This document shows, one piece after another, positions 8,359 to 19,000 of a stretch of DNA of 35,347 nucleotides (position 1 is the first letter of the stretch; each line of letters begins with the position of its first letter). Under the pieces are notes generated by a model. The model worked only from the letters and a program-made list of their open reading frames with translations. It did not search any database and was not told the DNA's origin. Location: positions 1 through 35,347 of IMG/VR virus record IMGVR_UViG_3300026549_001501. One strand, given 5' to 3'. Origin of the DNA: a virus (taxonomy: Duplodnaviria; Heunggongvirae; Uroviricota; Caudoviricetes). The position numbers were made by a program, and so were the translations under genes.

Positions 8359-9519
8359 ATGGAAGAGTTTTATCATTTTCAAACGGATGTTATTGATACA
8401 TATTTTAGAAAGGATCCCGCAGATGCGGAGAAATACATTGTTTGCGCGTGTGCAAAAAATGAAAACGATTATATCGTTGAATGGATAGAACATTATCTCA
8501 ATCTCGGGTTTGATAAAATTATTATTTGCGATAACAATGATGATGATTCGTTGGAAGCAATTGTCGCAGATTACACGTCCCGAGGGGTGGTTGAAATTTT
8601 TAACTGCCGTAATTTTGGCTCTTTTCAGGTTCAGTTCTATTCAATGTTCTGTACGGAAGGAAACTACAAATGGTGTGCATATTTTGACTGCGATGAATTC
8701 CTTGAATTAGGTACATATTCAAACATAAAAGAGTACCTTGAAACAAAGCCAAATGATATTTGTGTTTCATTTAACTGGCTGATGTACGGAAGTGGTGGAG
8801 AATACTCAAAAAAAGAAGGTGGCGTACAGGAAAGATTTAAACTACCTATATCGCCGATATCATTATTCACTGAAAATTGTTTTGTGAAATCTATCGTCAG
8901 GGGTGGCGACGTGTTTAAAAATGGCTGTTGGTTCAACGGTTCACACATACCTATTACAACGCCAATGTTTTGGCATAATGTAGGAGGATATTATCAAAGT
9001 AACAACAATTCGCACATGTACTTCGTTCCTCGTTATAAGGAAGGATATTTAAAGCACTATTATACAAAATCTTTTGAGGAGTGGATAAAGAAAGCGGGAA
9101 GGGGTTGGCCTGACGGAACGGATAAGCTCAAATGCAAAAATTATTTTGTGATGTCTGATTGGGCAAATTTCCCTTTAGATCAGATGAGGCGCGGGCTATT
9201 TTCGGAAGAAACAAACTATTCATCCGAAGGATATGTGGAACTTTTGGAAAATTTTGATATTATTAAAATAAGGAATAGCAATGAGCGAGTGTATGCTTTA
9301 ATAATGGGCGCATTTAATTTAATGTATAATACCACCGGGCACACGTTCTGTGTTGGCGACCCACATATAGATGATACCCTTTATAACTTACTTTTTGAAT
9401 ATGCGTTAAGAACCGGCAATAAGTTAGTGTGGACACCTACAGACGATGATGTGTGGCGTGTTTACGAAACATACAGTGATAAACGTAATCCAACATACTA
9501 TATTATAGATTTCATGTAA
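8359..9519 (+). CDS. GT92/Glyco_tranf_2_4-like glycosyltransferase, paralogue of 6900-8357
   Basis: CAKNENDYIVEWIEHYLNLGFDKIIICDNND, WCAYFDCDEFL, FNWLMYG, LKHYYTKSFEEWIKKAGRGWP. Confidence 0.8.
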   Translation: MEEFYHFQTDVIDTYFRKDPADAEKYIVCACAKNENDYIVEWIEHYLNLGFDKIIICDNNDDDSLEAIVADYTSRGVVEIFNCRNFGSFQVQFYSMFCTEGNYKWCAYFDCDEFLELGTYSNIKEYLETKPNDICVSFNWLMYGSGGEYSKKEGGVQERFKLPISPISLFTENCFVKSIVRGGDVFKNGCWFNGSHIPITTPMFWHNVGGYYQSNNNSHMYFVPRYKEGYLKHYYTKSFEEWIKKAGRGWPDGTDKLKCKNYFVMSDWANFPLDQMRRGLFSEETNYSSEGYVELLENFDIIKIRNSNERVYALIMGAFNLMYNTTGHTFCVGDPHIDDTLYNLLFEYALRTGNKLVWTPTDDDVWRVYETYSDKRNPTYYIIDFM

Positions 9520-9521
9520 TT

Positions 9522-10988
9522 ATGATAAGAACAAGTGCAATAAATTATTTAATTAAAAGCCGTGGCTATAAAAGTTATTTAGAAATAGGACTATCTTGGC
9601 CTCACTTTAATTATAACAAGATAAAATGCGAGCATAAAGAATCTTGTGACCCGTACTTTCCTTCAACTCGTGATTCTCTTGCAACCAGAGATAACCTTCC
9701 TGATGAAATAAAGGAAGCTCTTACATATCTAATGACATCAGACGAAATGTTTGATGCTATGCCCGAAGATAAAAAGTATGATATTATTCTTATTGATGGC
9801 TTACATACTGAGGGACAATGCTGCAAGGATATAGCGAATTCAATGGCACACTTAAATCCGGGTGGTGTTATTTTAGTGCATGATACAATTCCGGCTAATA
9901 AGAAGTCACAAGAGGAGGATAGTGATGAACTATTATGGGTTGGCACTGTATGGAAGTCAGTAGTTAAATTAAACAACACCAATATAACATTTCACACAAT
10001 TAAAGAAGATGTCGGATTGACAATAATAGATTACAACCCAACGCCCGATTTTACGGGGTATTTCGAGCCAAGTGGATATGAATTTGAAGATGACTTTTCA
10101 ACAAACGCTGTACATCTCATAACTGATAGGGAGTTTCGTGATATGTATCGCCCGATGGGGCTGTTTAAAACGGGTGAACCGCTTAATTTAATAGTGTATA
10201 TTGATATTGATGAGAATTCAAGAACACTATCACATTCGCTTAAAACACATTTTCACTGTATAGAGTATTATAAGAACCTGTTTTCAAGTGTAACCTTTAT
10301 TCTTGGTGTCGACAAGGACTGTGATGCCGCCATTGAGAATATTTACCGAGATAAGATTTTTTCTATTGGTTTTAATTGCAATATTGCGATAAAGTTAATA
10401 AAAAAGAATATATTTGGAGGGGGCTCGGTATTTTACACCGAAATAGCGAATAAATTGAACGAACTTAATGGACTTACAGCATTTATTAATTGCGAAAAAG
10501 GTTCAATAAGTGATGAAAAAAGAGTTATGGATTCGGACATTAAACGAATAATCTCTTCATATTACCAAATGTTTGAGGATCCGGATTTTGTTAGATTTGC
10601 CCTGTTAAAGAAGCAAAATGGAGTATGCTACGGCGCATTTGCATTTTTTGGCGATTCTGTACCCACGAAGAACAAGTGGTACTATTATGGCGGTTTTCAA
10701 TGGATAAACACCAAGAAATTGTACAAGTATATGGAAGAAAATAATATTTCTTTACCTAACTTGGAAAGCAAAACATTTGATGAGGAATTTCTTCCATCTA
10801 TATTGCCCATGGATTACTCGTTAATTAGCTCTTGGGATGACAGGTATATAACATCTGATATCTCAATTATGAATGAAAATTCAAATAGTTCAAGCGTTTT
10901 TATTTTGGAAGAAAACGATAGCTATTTTACATATGATTGTTTTGTGGAAGACGTATATAATATATTATGCATACCTTTAAACGATTAG
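9522..10988 (+). CDS. Fusion of a class I methyltransferase (Methyltransf_24-like) and a diverged copy of the unassigned domain (about 10180-10988)
   Basis: N-terminal YKSYLEIG, KYDIILIDGLH, HLNPGGVILVHD. C-terminal THFHCIEYY...FINCEKG...YYGGFQWIN...FDEEF. Confidence 0.7.
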   Translation: MIRTSAINYLIKSRGYKSYLEIGLSWPHFNYNKIKCEHKESCDPYFPSTRDSLATRDNLPDEIKEALTYLMTSDEMFDAMPEDKKYDIILIDGLHTEGQCCKDIANSMAHLNPGGVILVHDTIPANKKSQEEDSDELLWVGTVWKSVVKLNNTNITFHTIKEDVGLTIIDYNPTPDFTGYFEPSGYEFEDDFSTNAVHLITDREFRDMYRPMGLFKTGEPLNLIVYIDIDENSRTLSHSLKTHFHCIEYYKNLFSSVTFILGVDKDCDAAIENIYRDKIFSIGFNCNIAIKLIKKNIFGGGSVFYTEIANKLNELNGLTAFINCEKGSISDEKRVMDSDIKRIISSYYQMFEDPDFVRFALLKKQNGVCYGAFAFFGDSVPTKNKWYYYGGFQWINTKKLYKYMEENNISLPNLESKTFDEEFLPSILPMDYSLISSWDDRYITSDISIMNENSNSSSVFILEENDSYFTYDCFVEDVYNILCIPLND

Positions 10989-11782
10989 TATACCACCTTT
11001 TTCTATATGACGGGTGTTTCGATTCGAATGTATATAAATTACATTTGGCATGCTTGGCGTATTTTGCGAAAATTTTTGATCAGGCAATTTTTGTGCTCGC
11101 AATAGACGACACGGATAATCGGGATTTAATTAAAACAGCAGAGAAAACACTTTTAAAGAATATTCCGATACGAGATATTAAATTCATTGTTGAAAAAAAT
11201 AATGATTTTCGTGAAGCTTCAACATTTTATGAACAAATAGCAAAAAAACTTGAGAGTTTGGACGGTGTTACATTCTTTGGACATATAAAGGGCGCGAGTA
11301 ACGAGTTTAATCCAAATATTGATATATGGCAGGTGTATAACTGGATAATTGCCGTTTATTTTTTTAGCTTGTTTTACATGGATGAAGTAATATGGTATCT
11401 TATAACAAGCCCAAGTTTTAATACTTATGGCTCCCTTAAGTGCAAATGGGAAAATATAGAAAACAAATACTCATGGCTGTATTCGGGCACCTTTTTCTGG
11501 ATAAATGGGCAACGCACCGCTGCATTTATGAAAAAAAATGAAATAGAATTACCACCGCTCAACAACAGATATTGTGCTGAAACATTTTGTGGTAATATAT
11601 TTAAATTTAATAATGCAGAGGCCGGTTCTCATAAATGTTTTCACTATGTTGCAAGTTCGGACGTCTTGTTTTTAAATTGGTATAAATACGCTGAGGCATT
11701 TATTGAGGATTTTCTTGATGATGATACCAAGGATGATTATTATAATTTTAGAGCTGAAATGCTAAAAACAATTGAAATATGA
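10967..11782 (+). CDS. Standalone unassigned HxKG/GTFFW-domain protein (putative glycan-modifying enzyme)
   Basis: LVYHLF...LHLACLAYF...ASTFYEQIA...FFGHIKG...LYSGTFFWIN...RYCAETF, collinear with the N-terminus of 5287-6900. Confidence 0.55.
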   Translation: MHTFKRLVYHLFLYDGCFDSNVYKLHLACLAYFAKIFDQAIFVLAIDDTDNRDLIKTAEKTLLKNIPIRDIKFIVEKNNDFREASTFYEQIAKKLESLDGVTFFGHIKGASNEFNPNIDIWQVYNWIIAVYFFSLFYMDEVIWYLITSPSFNTYGSLKCKWENIENKYSWLYSGTFFWINGQRTAAFMKKNEIELPPLNNRYCAETFCGNIFKFNNAEAGSHKCFHYVASSDVLFLNWYKYAEAFIEDFLDDDTKDDYYNFRAEMLKTIEI

Positions 11783-13011
11783 GAAACAAAATATCAGCAG
11801 TTATTATAGACAAGAAAAAAAGCGAGCACGATTATGACAAAGTCATAACTTATTATCTTCCTGAATGGGTAGAGCGTAAATATGATATTGCTGTGTATGA
11901 TAATGCGGATAATATTCTTTCTAAATTAAACATTAACCGTGGGTTTGATTGCATCATAACCGTGGGCGATATTGGCAATTTTGATGAATTAAATGCCCTT
12001 CCGTATGAAATTCGTAGAAAATGGTGCCATGTAGAGGAATTTAATGAGAAAAAACTCTCTGATTTAATTATAAACACATTCCTTTTGAATAATGGGCGTG
12101 AGGGCGACGATAAATTGTTCTCAATCTTTACCTGCACATTCAATACCCCCAAATCGGTTATATTAAGACTCTATGAGTCACTAAAAAGACAAACTTACAG
12201 GAATTGGAATTGGTGGATACTTGATGATAGTAAATCCCCTACCACTGCAGAGTATATTGAAAAATTGCATGACCCAAGGATAACCGTTTTTAGAAATTTT
12301 ACTAATCATGGTAATATTGGCTTCAATAAACATTCAATCGCAATGCTTTGCAATGGGGATTATCTTGTAGAAGTGGATCACGACGATGAATTGACGTCCG
12401 ACTGCCTTGAAAAATTGCTTGAATGCTATGAACAATCTGACGCTGACTTCGTGTATTCGGATTGCCTTGAAATTATTGACGGCGCCCCCATATGGTACGG
12501 AGACAACTTTTCATTTGGGCAGGGCTATTACCGCGATGAAACTGTAGAAGGCGTAGAATATAAGAACGTTGCTATAACGTGCAGGAACATCAACGTAAAA
12601 AGCATTAGGGGCATTTATGCGTTACCTAATCATATTAGAACTTGGAAGAAGGAATTCTATCATCAAATTGGTGGGCACTATCCTGAATTGTCCGTATTGG
12701 ATGATATGGATGTTGTAATAAGAACATTCCTTAAAGGGAAAATTGCAAAGGTTGATAAAGTCCTTTATATTCAGAATCAGGGCGAATCTCGGGCTAATGG
12801 GCGCGGTGACACCGCAACGGGTAGTCGCTTGAACGAGATTGCACGTACCAATATACTCTTGAAGTGGAAATACGAGGTACCAATTCATGAACGCATTCTT
12901 GAACTTATTGGCGAAGACCCTGTTTGGAATGAAGAGATAAAAGAAAGTGACGTTTATAAGGAAATAAATCCTGAAGATTTGAAGCCGATGGATTGTTTGA
13001 TTATAAAATAA
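11779..13011 (+). CDS. GT2 family glycosyltransferase with about 110-aa N-terminal extension
   Basis: FSIFTCTFNT, YRNWNWWILDDS, GDYLVEVDHDD (DxD), LDDMD. ATGA overlap with the upstream gene. Confidence 0.88.
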   Translation: MRNKISAVIIDKKKSEHDYDKVITYYLPEWVERKYDIAVYDNADNILSKLNINRGFDCIITVGDIGNFDELNALPYEIRRKWCHVEEFNEKKLSDLIINTFLLNNGREGDDKLFSIFTCTFNTPKSVILRLYESLKRQTYRNWNWWILDDSKSPTTAEYIEKLHDPRITVFRNFTNHGNIGFNKHSIAMLCNGDYLVEVDHDDELTSDCLEKLLECYEQSDADFVYSDCLEIIDGAPIWYGDNFSFGQGYYRDETVEGVEYKNVAITCRNINVKSIRGIYALPNHIRTWKKEFYHQIGGHYPELSVLDDMDVVIRTFLKGKIAKVDKVLYIQNQGESRANGRGDTATGSRLNEIARTNILLKWKYEVPIHERILELIGEDPVWNEEIKESDVYKEINPEDLKPMDCLIIK

Positions 13012-13047
13012 ACAAAAACCGCAGGAGTAAATCCTGCGGCTTTCTTT
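13012..13047. terminator. Probable bidirectional terminator between convergent blocks
   Basis: CCGCAGGA-GTAAA-TCCTGCGG (13019-13039), with an A-run on the left and a T-rich tract on the right, between the stops at 13011 and 13048. Confidence 0.8.
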
Positions 13048-16000
13048 TTACATTTCTGTGTACCATGCTGGCGGTATACCCTGTGCATCAATAATTTCTA
13101 GTGAAATTCCGGCAAATGTATTCTCAAATGAAGGAACAATCCATTTTGTTTCATCCCAGAACGTAGGAACCCTTGAAGTATTCATGAGATGAACGCATCT
13201 GAATAAGAAGCTTGACGTATTCTTAATATTCGGGTTGTTTCTCTCATTGAATAAGTTGCTGCTCATACGATAAGGCCCTTCGTATGCAAATAATCCCGAT
13301 AGATTCGATAGTTTAGAATTATTTACAAACAATGTAATCGGGAATTGCTCTGTCACAGTATCTTCCACCCACTTCATACCGTTCCATATACTTGATATAT
13401 CAGCTAATTCCGTATTGGTTGAGAAGAAGCTTTCCGGAACTGTTACTCTGCCCCACATGGTACAGTTGGAGAACATTGTACTGAAAGTGCTGAGATTTGT
13501 CATGCCACTTATCAACGTTGAAGGATAAGCCGTTCCTGCTGAGTAGGGTACACCTGATATATACGTAGCCCACCTATGAGGAAGCAACCCCTTACAATTA
13601 TAGAATACCCTTGACAGGGTGATGGCATTGCGTATAGGTTCGAATATATAAGGGGGTATTCTACCTTTTACGCCGCAGCTCCACATGTCGGCGGTATGGG
13701 TAATCGTAGGACACTCATTCTCAAACGCACTGTTTACCATCGTGCTTCGGTTATTCGCACAGTATCTAAAGATGTCCTGAGGAACAAAGTAATTTTGGAT
13801 GCTAAACAAACCTGTGCCCGGGTTATAGATAGGATAGGTGTCAGTATCTTTTTCAATACCCGTATCTTTGTCAGACAATGCGGACAAATCAAAGTAGTCA
13901 TCGTAATCTCTGAAGCCGTCGGGAAAATCTTTATCAAGAATCGGGTTTCCGTAATCATCCATATATTCAGGAATGATTTCGCCTGCGTATACTCTCAATA
14001 GTGTTTGATATTGTACTGACGCTTCAACCATTTGTGTAAATGCTTTTGTGCCATCATATACAAATTTGTTCCATTTCTTCTTATAAGGATTATAACTCAT
14101 GTTATATGAGTAGACAGTATTACCGCTTTCATCCTGTGAAGTATAGAACATTATAGGATTATAGTTTTCATTATCTTCAATCCATTCCTCGTAAGGCATG
14201 TCTAAACTTGAGAATTGTACGAGTTCCGTAGAATCCGAGAATTCAAAGACACTTGATAGATTGTTAATAATGCACTTTGGTAACTTATAAGTAAAGTTAA
14301 GGGAAATCTTATCTGCAGTATCAGTACCAACATAGCGGTATTCTTCAGGATTACCTGACAAATCTTCAATATAATGTTCGAAATCTGCCAAGATACCCAT
14401 GCTATCCGCAGTTTTCTCGGTGATACCAAGCTTGCTATCGGAAATGGTATTTTCAACATCACCTTGATAGAAAAGTTTATAAGGCACCATTCCTATTCTT
14501 TTGGCAGAATTGGCGGCATTGCTTTCCTTAAATAAGTTAGATGCACTTTCAATAGCACAATCCTCAAATGCACACCCTGATGAAAGAGTGTACTTAACAT
14601 TTTTCATTGTGCTGAAGAGCCCCGTAATATTTTTCAATTTCGTTAAGCCCTTGAACATGCTATTTCCATTTCCATCAAAAAGAAGAGAAATAGATGAAGG
14701 CCCTCCGATAACGTTGAAATCCATACCCTCAAAGAAGTAAGGAACTTCTTCAAGATTATCGCAGCCGTTGAATATTTTGTAGCAGAAATTTTCGCCATCG
14801 CAATCGTCCAAGTCAATGTATTTTCTAATAGCGTTGGTTTCGCGTACAGAATTACGTTCAGAGAAAAAACACTTTTCTTCATAATAGCTACGGCTTTTCC
14901 CACCAATGGCTTTAATAGAACCTTTTATTCTCTTAAAGAAACTATTGCCAATAGGCATCAGTACTCCTTTGTGCCCCGTATCGTGATTAATAGGGCACTC
15001 ACCTGAAATGGATTCATGGTCGCAATAAGGATCCTCAATGAATGAGAATGAACCTCTTATTTCCTCCAATGCTTCGGGGAATTCTGATGGCGAAGAACTG
15101 TTGCCACCAAAGATATTCTTTAAGGAACCTGTGCCAATAACGCGTAAGAACGACCTTCCAATTTTCTTTAATTTTACGGTTGTCTTAAATAAGTCACAGT
15201 TTACGTCCCCTTCACCATTAGTAAAATCTATCTTACAATCGTTGAAAGAATTTTCAATAATTTCTACCTTTGTAAGAGTTTTGAGCATTTCCGTATCGAA
15301 GACAGGATTAGGAACCTCATATTCCGTATTGTAAGGCAACGGATTAAATCCTTCTACAACAGTTATGTTGTTTCCACTCGGGAAGAAACATTCATCATCC
15401 TTTGTATAATATTTTTCAATATTAGTTTCATTGGTTCCGAATACGTTGACGAATTCTTCAATATTGTCTTTAATCGGAATAAGAATTGTATTATCTATGT
15501 ATCCGCCAATATTTGCACCATTGAAAATATTGTTAATATTAGTCAATTCAGGTAAATTGCTGAAAATACCCGGGTTAATGCTATCCTGCATTGTCGTACG
15601 GAGACTCTTACAATCCCTAAACATGCTTTCACCTGATTCTATGTCAGTAAGAGCAACACCGTGTCTGCATTGTTTAAAAATATAGTAAACATCACTAATA
15701 CTGCAGCTCGTCATACGGAACGCGCTGCTCATGTCGCTTTGATTGATAACCACGTTTGTTCCGTAGCTGCTACTGTTGTCCCACTGATAATAAGAATCAT
15801 CAAAAGGAGTCTTACCGCCTTCCAAATCGAGCGGTTCCCTTACATAGAATTTAGCAAATTGGAAGAATTGTTCTATTTCTGTTATTGCAAAACATCCGAA
15901 GATTCTTGTAAGAACATTTTTACTACCGTCTATGAGCCCATGCCTTAAATCGAAAGGATGTTCGGCATCATTAGGAACCCTGATATAAACCATAGTAAGA

Positions 16001-19000
16001 ACATTCCTTGCAGAGATGTTCTCTCCCTCCAAAGAAGTAAACGGAGTTAAGTCAAGAACATAGTTGTTGTCTTCTCCGTATGTCTCGATATCCTCAGTTC
16101 CGTATTTAAACCCGCCGAAATAGTAGCAATTATCAATGCTAATACTCGTAACACCCGATAAGAATGCACGGCTCGGCAGAGTGACAGGAATGGTGGTGTT
16201 AACCTCGTTGATAGTAATATTCTGTAATGCGGAACCATTGATATTGATTTTCAGATTGGCGGAACGACAGTTGACTATTCTAACCGTCTTTAAATTCCGG
16301 TTATTTGAAAGTTCAATAGTTGTAAGACTGGTATTCCCTGAAATTGTTACAGAATTGAGAGAATCACAGTTAGTGATAGATATTGTTGAAAGATTTATCT
16401 TATCACTTATGTTCAAATCAGTAATTGCATTGCAATTATCAATATGAATACTTTGTAATTTACTGCATCCGTCGAAGCTAATACCTGTAAGAATATTTTG
16501 ATTAACGAGAGTGAAACTTACAAGATTAGAATACCTGATATCAAGCCTTTGAAGTGATGTACGAGGTAAACCAAGAGCCGTCACATCAGAGTTGGAGATG
16601 TTGACATTGATGAGTTTGTCAAAATCGCCCAAGTCAACCACGTAGTTATTGAGTGGAGAAGGCCCTCTTGTATTGCTAAGGTTAATAGTCTCAAGAGAAG
16701 ATTTTCCTCCAAGAATAAATACCCTACTTGTAAAAGGCGATTCGGTAAGCCCGTTGGATGATTCTACATTAAATTCAGATAAAGCACGAGCAACGCCAGG
16801 CTCATTGTTACCAATTGCTTGGAAGCCGCCTTGTAATCCTTCTAATTTAGATATTAAGGTACTGCCTTTAATGTTAATCTGTGCATTTGAAGATGTGCCG
16901 TTGACAAAATAAAGCCTTGTATCAGTATTTTCTGTATCAATATAATATTTCTTGAAAGTATCACTACCTACATTGATTCCTAAGAATGTGGGCGTTGTTA
17001 CTTTAACTGTAAACGCGAGTATTGGTATTGCACTGCTGAATGATGCAACAATATCGAAAATATCGGAGTTGTAAGGGCTATCGGCATAAGAGAATGAAAC
17101 ACCCTGTCCGAGCCTATTTGCATCGAACATACCGTCAAGGAAATAAAAGTGCTTTCTAAGCCAGTCCTTAACAAATTCCACACGAGTACCGTGCAAGAAA
17201 GTAATGGCGGGTGTAACACCTGAATCCTGCGTATTAGTATCGTCTATGTATTTGGTATTATAGTCATAGTCATAAACCATTTCACCGCACTTATCAACCC
17301 TGTCTGCCATAATATCCGTAAAATTGGAAGCACGGGAAAGTTTACCATTTGTGCTTCTCATTGAGTTCCAAATGTATTCGTACCTATCTTGAGGGTTGTT
17401 ATGTCTATTTATAAACATGTCATCCCTGAATACGCCCCAAATCTTTGAAAGGTAGGCAGCATATTTTGATTGTTCATCATGATATGTTGTGCGAAGCACT
17501 GATGTTTGAGTTTCAGGGTCGGAAACCATTGTAACCTTATCAATAGAAACGGTTACGGGGTTACTTTCAGAGCCGTCGTTTGCAAGAGCAAGAGCAGTAT
17601 CCATATCGTAGAAGCAGGTGTACCATGTTTCACCATTATCCCACGTCCTTAATGTCATGTTCTTACCGAGAGAGTCTGTCATACCAAATGCATTGGCAAT
17701 TACAAAGTAAGCTATCGCATTGTGAACGTTTATATGGTCTTCAATATCTTGAGTGGTAAGATTCTGTTGAGCAATTTCATCACCGGTATCAATATATTTC
17801 CCCGCAATTTTATCATAAATAAAATCGTGAATATTTTGATATCCCGTGTAAGAATCAGTATAGTATGACGTAATTTCAAATCTCGCTATTGATTCAAATG
17901 CAGTACAAAGTTTGTTCCATATATCATCAGTGGTACCAACAGAAGGATATTTAAAATCGCCGTATGTTTGAATAACACTATTTCTATATTGTGACCATAC
18001 GGGGTGCTCAGCAATATGCTCGTTAGCGGCATTGCCCATTTCAAAACTGAATATATCGCCCGCTTTTACTTCGCCAAGCGTGTCCTTTTCTTCGTAGTAA
18101 TTGATAAGTTTAGGACAAGCCACTTTCTGCCCTCCGGCGTCTCTTCTTGAAAATGATTTCAAGAATTTCATACCCATATTATAGTATGAGTAACGTCCAA
18201 GGTTGAATGAGTAGATTCCAAGGAACGTATAGGCGTTGCTATCTGAAAAAGCAATGAACATAAGGATAGGGAAACCCTCAAGTGTATGCTTGATTGTTAC
18301 ATCTTCGTGAACAGCGCCGGGAACGGGTTCGTTACCCGCATCATCAACATCCAAGGGCCTGTTTCCTTCAAGATTTGCCATTGCGGGGTTATTTTCAAAT
18401 GCCCCAGAATTGTTAATCCATTCACCCAACACGGCGTTGTTAGCGTGGGCGGAGTCAACGACATCTGCCTTCAATGTAAATTGGCTTTCGGGGAACCATT
18501 CTTTTTTCGGCTGAAACAGTTTTACATAAGTGCCCGTTTCGGTTGTAAAGGTTTCATCTACGTACATTTCAAGGTTTTTAATACGATATCCAAGGGTACT
18601 AGTGCCTTGAAGTGTTACTTTTACCGCAAATTGAACTGTTCTCTGTGTGTCAGGATCGTAATACGTGGCTACGCCGTCAAACGTTCTACCCGTTTCTTCG
18701 GCAGTGTGCTTTGCATAGAACCAATCCTTATTAAAGCCCGCATCTTGTGAGAAATATATATATAAGGTAGGGTTTGTGCTACGGGAAGCAATATTAGAAA
18801 CTTGCGCAGTACTAAACTCTTCAATATAGTCACCGTTATTGAAAAAAACAGATTCGGGTATTGCAGGATTTAGCTCATTAGCAGTAATGAAGTTTTTTGT
18901 TTTCCACTGATTATAATCGGCAAGCGTATAGAAACGGGAATTCTTACTGTTTACAATGATTTGTAAGTCGTTCAAATTTCTCGTATAGATGCTGAACTCA

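Noticed and set aside
2241-13011. Glycan operon as a DNA hypermodification pathway
   Set aside because: No base-hydroxymethylase, T4-type glucosyltransferase or similar DNA-modifying gene is recognisable. The families present are surface-glycan types. This is considered less likely, not excluded.
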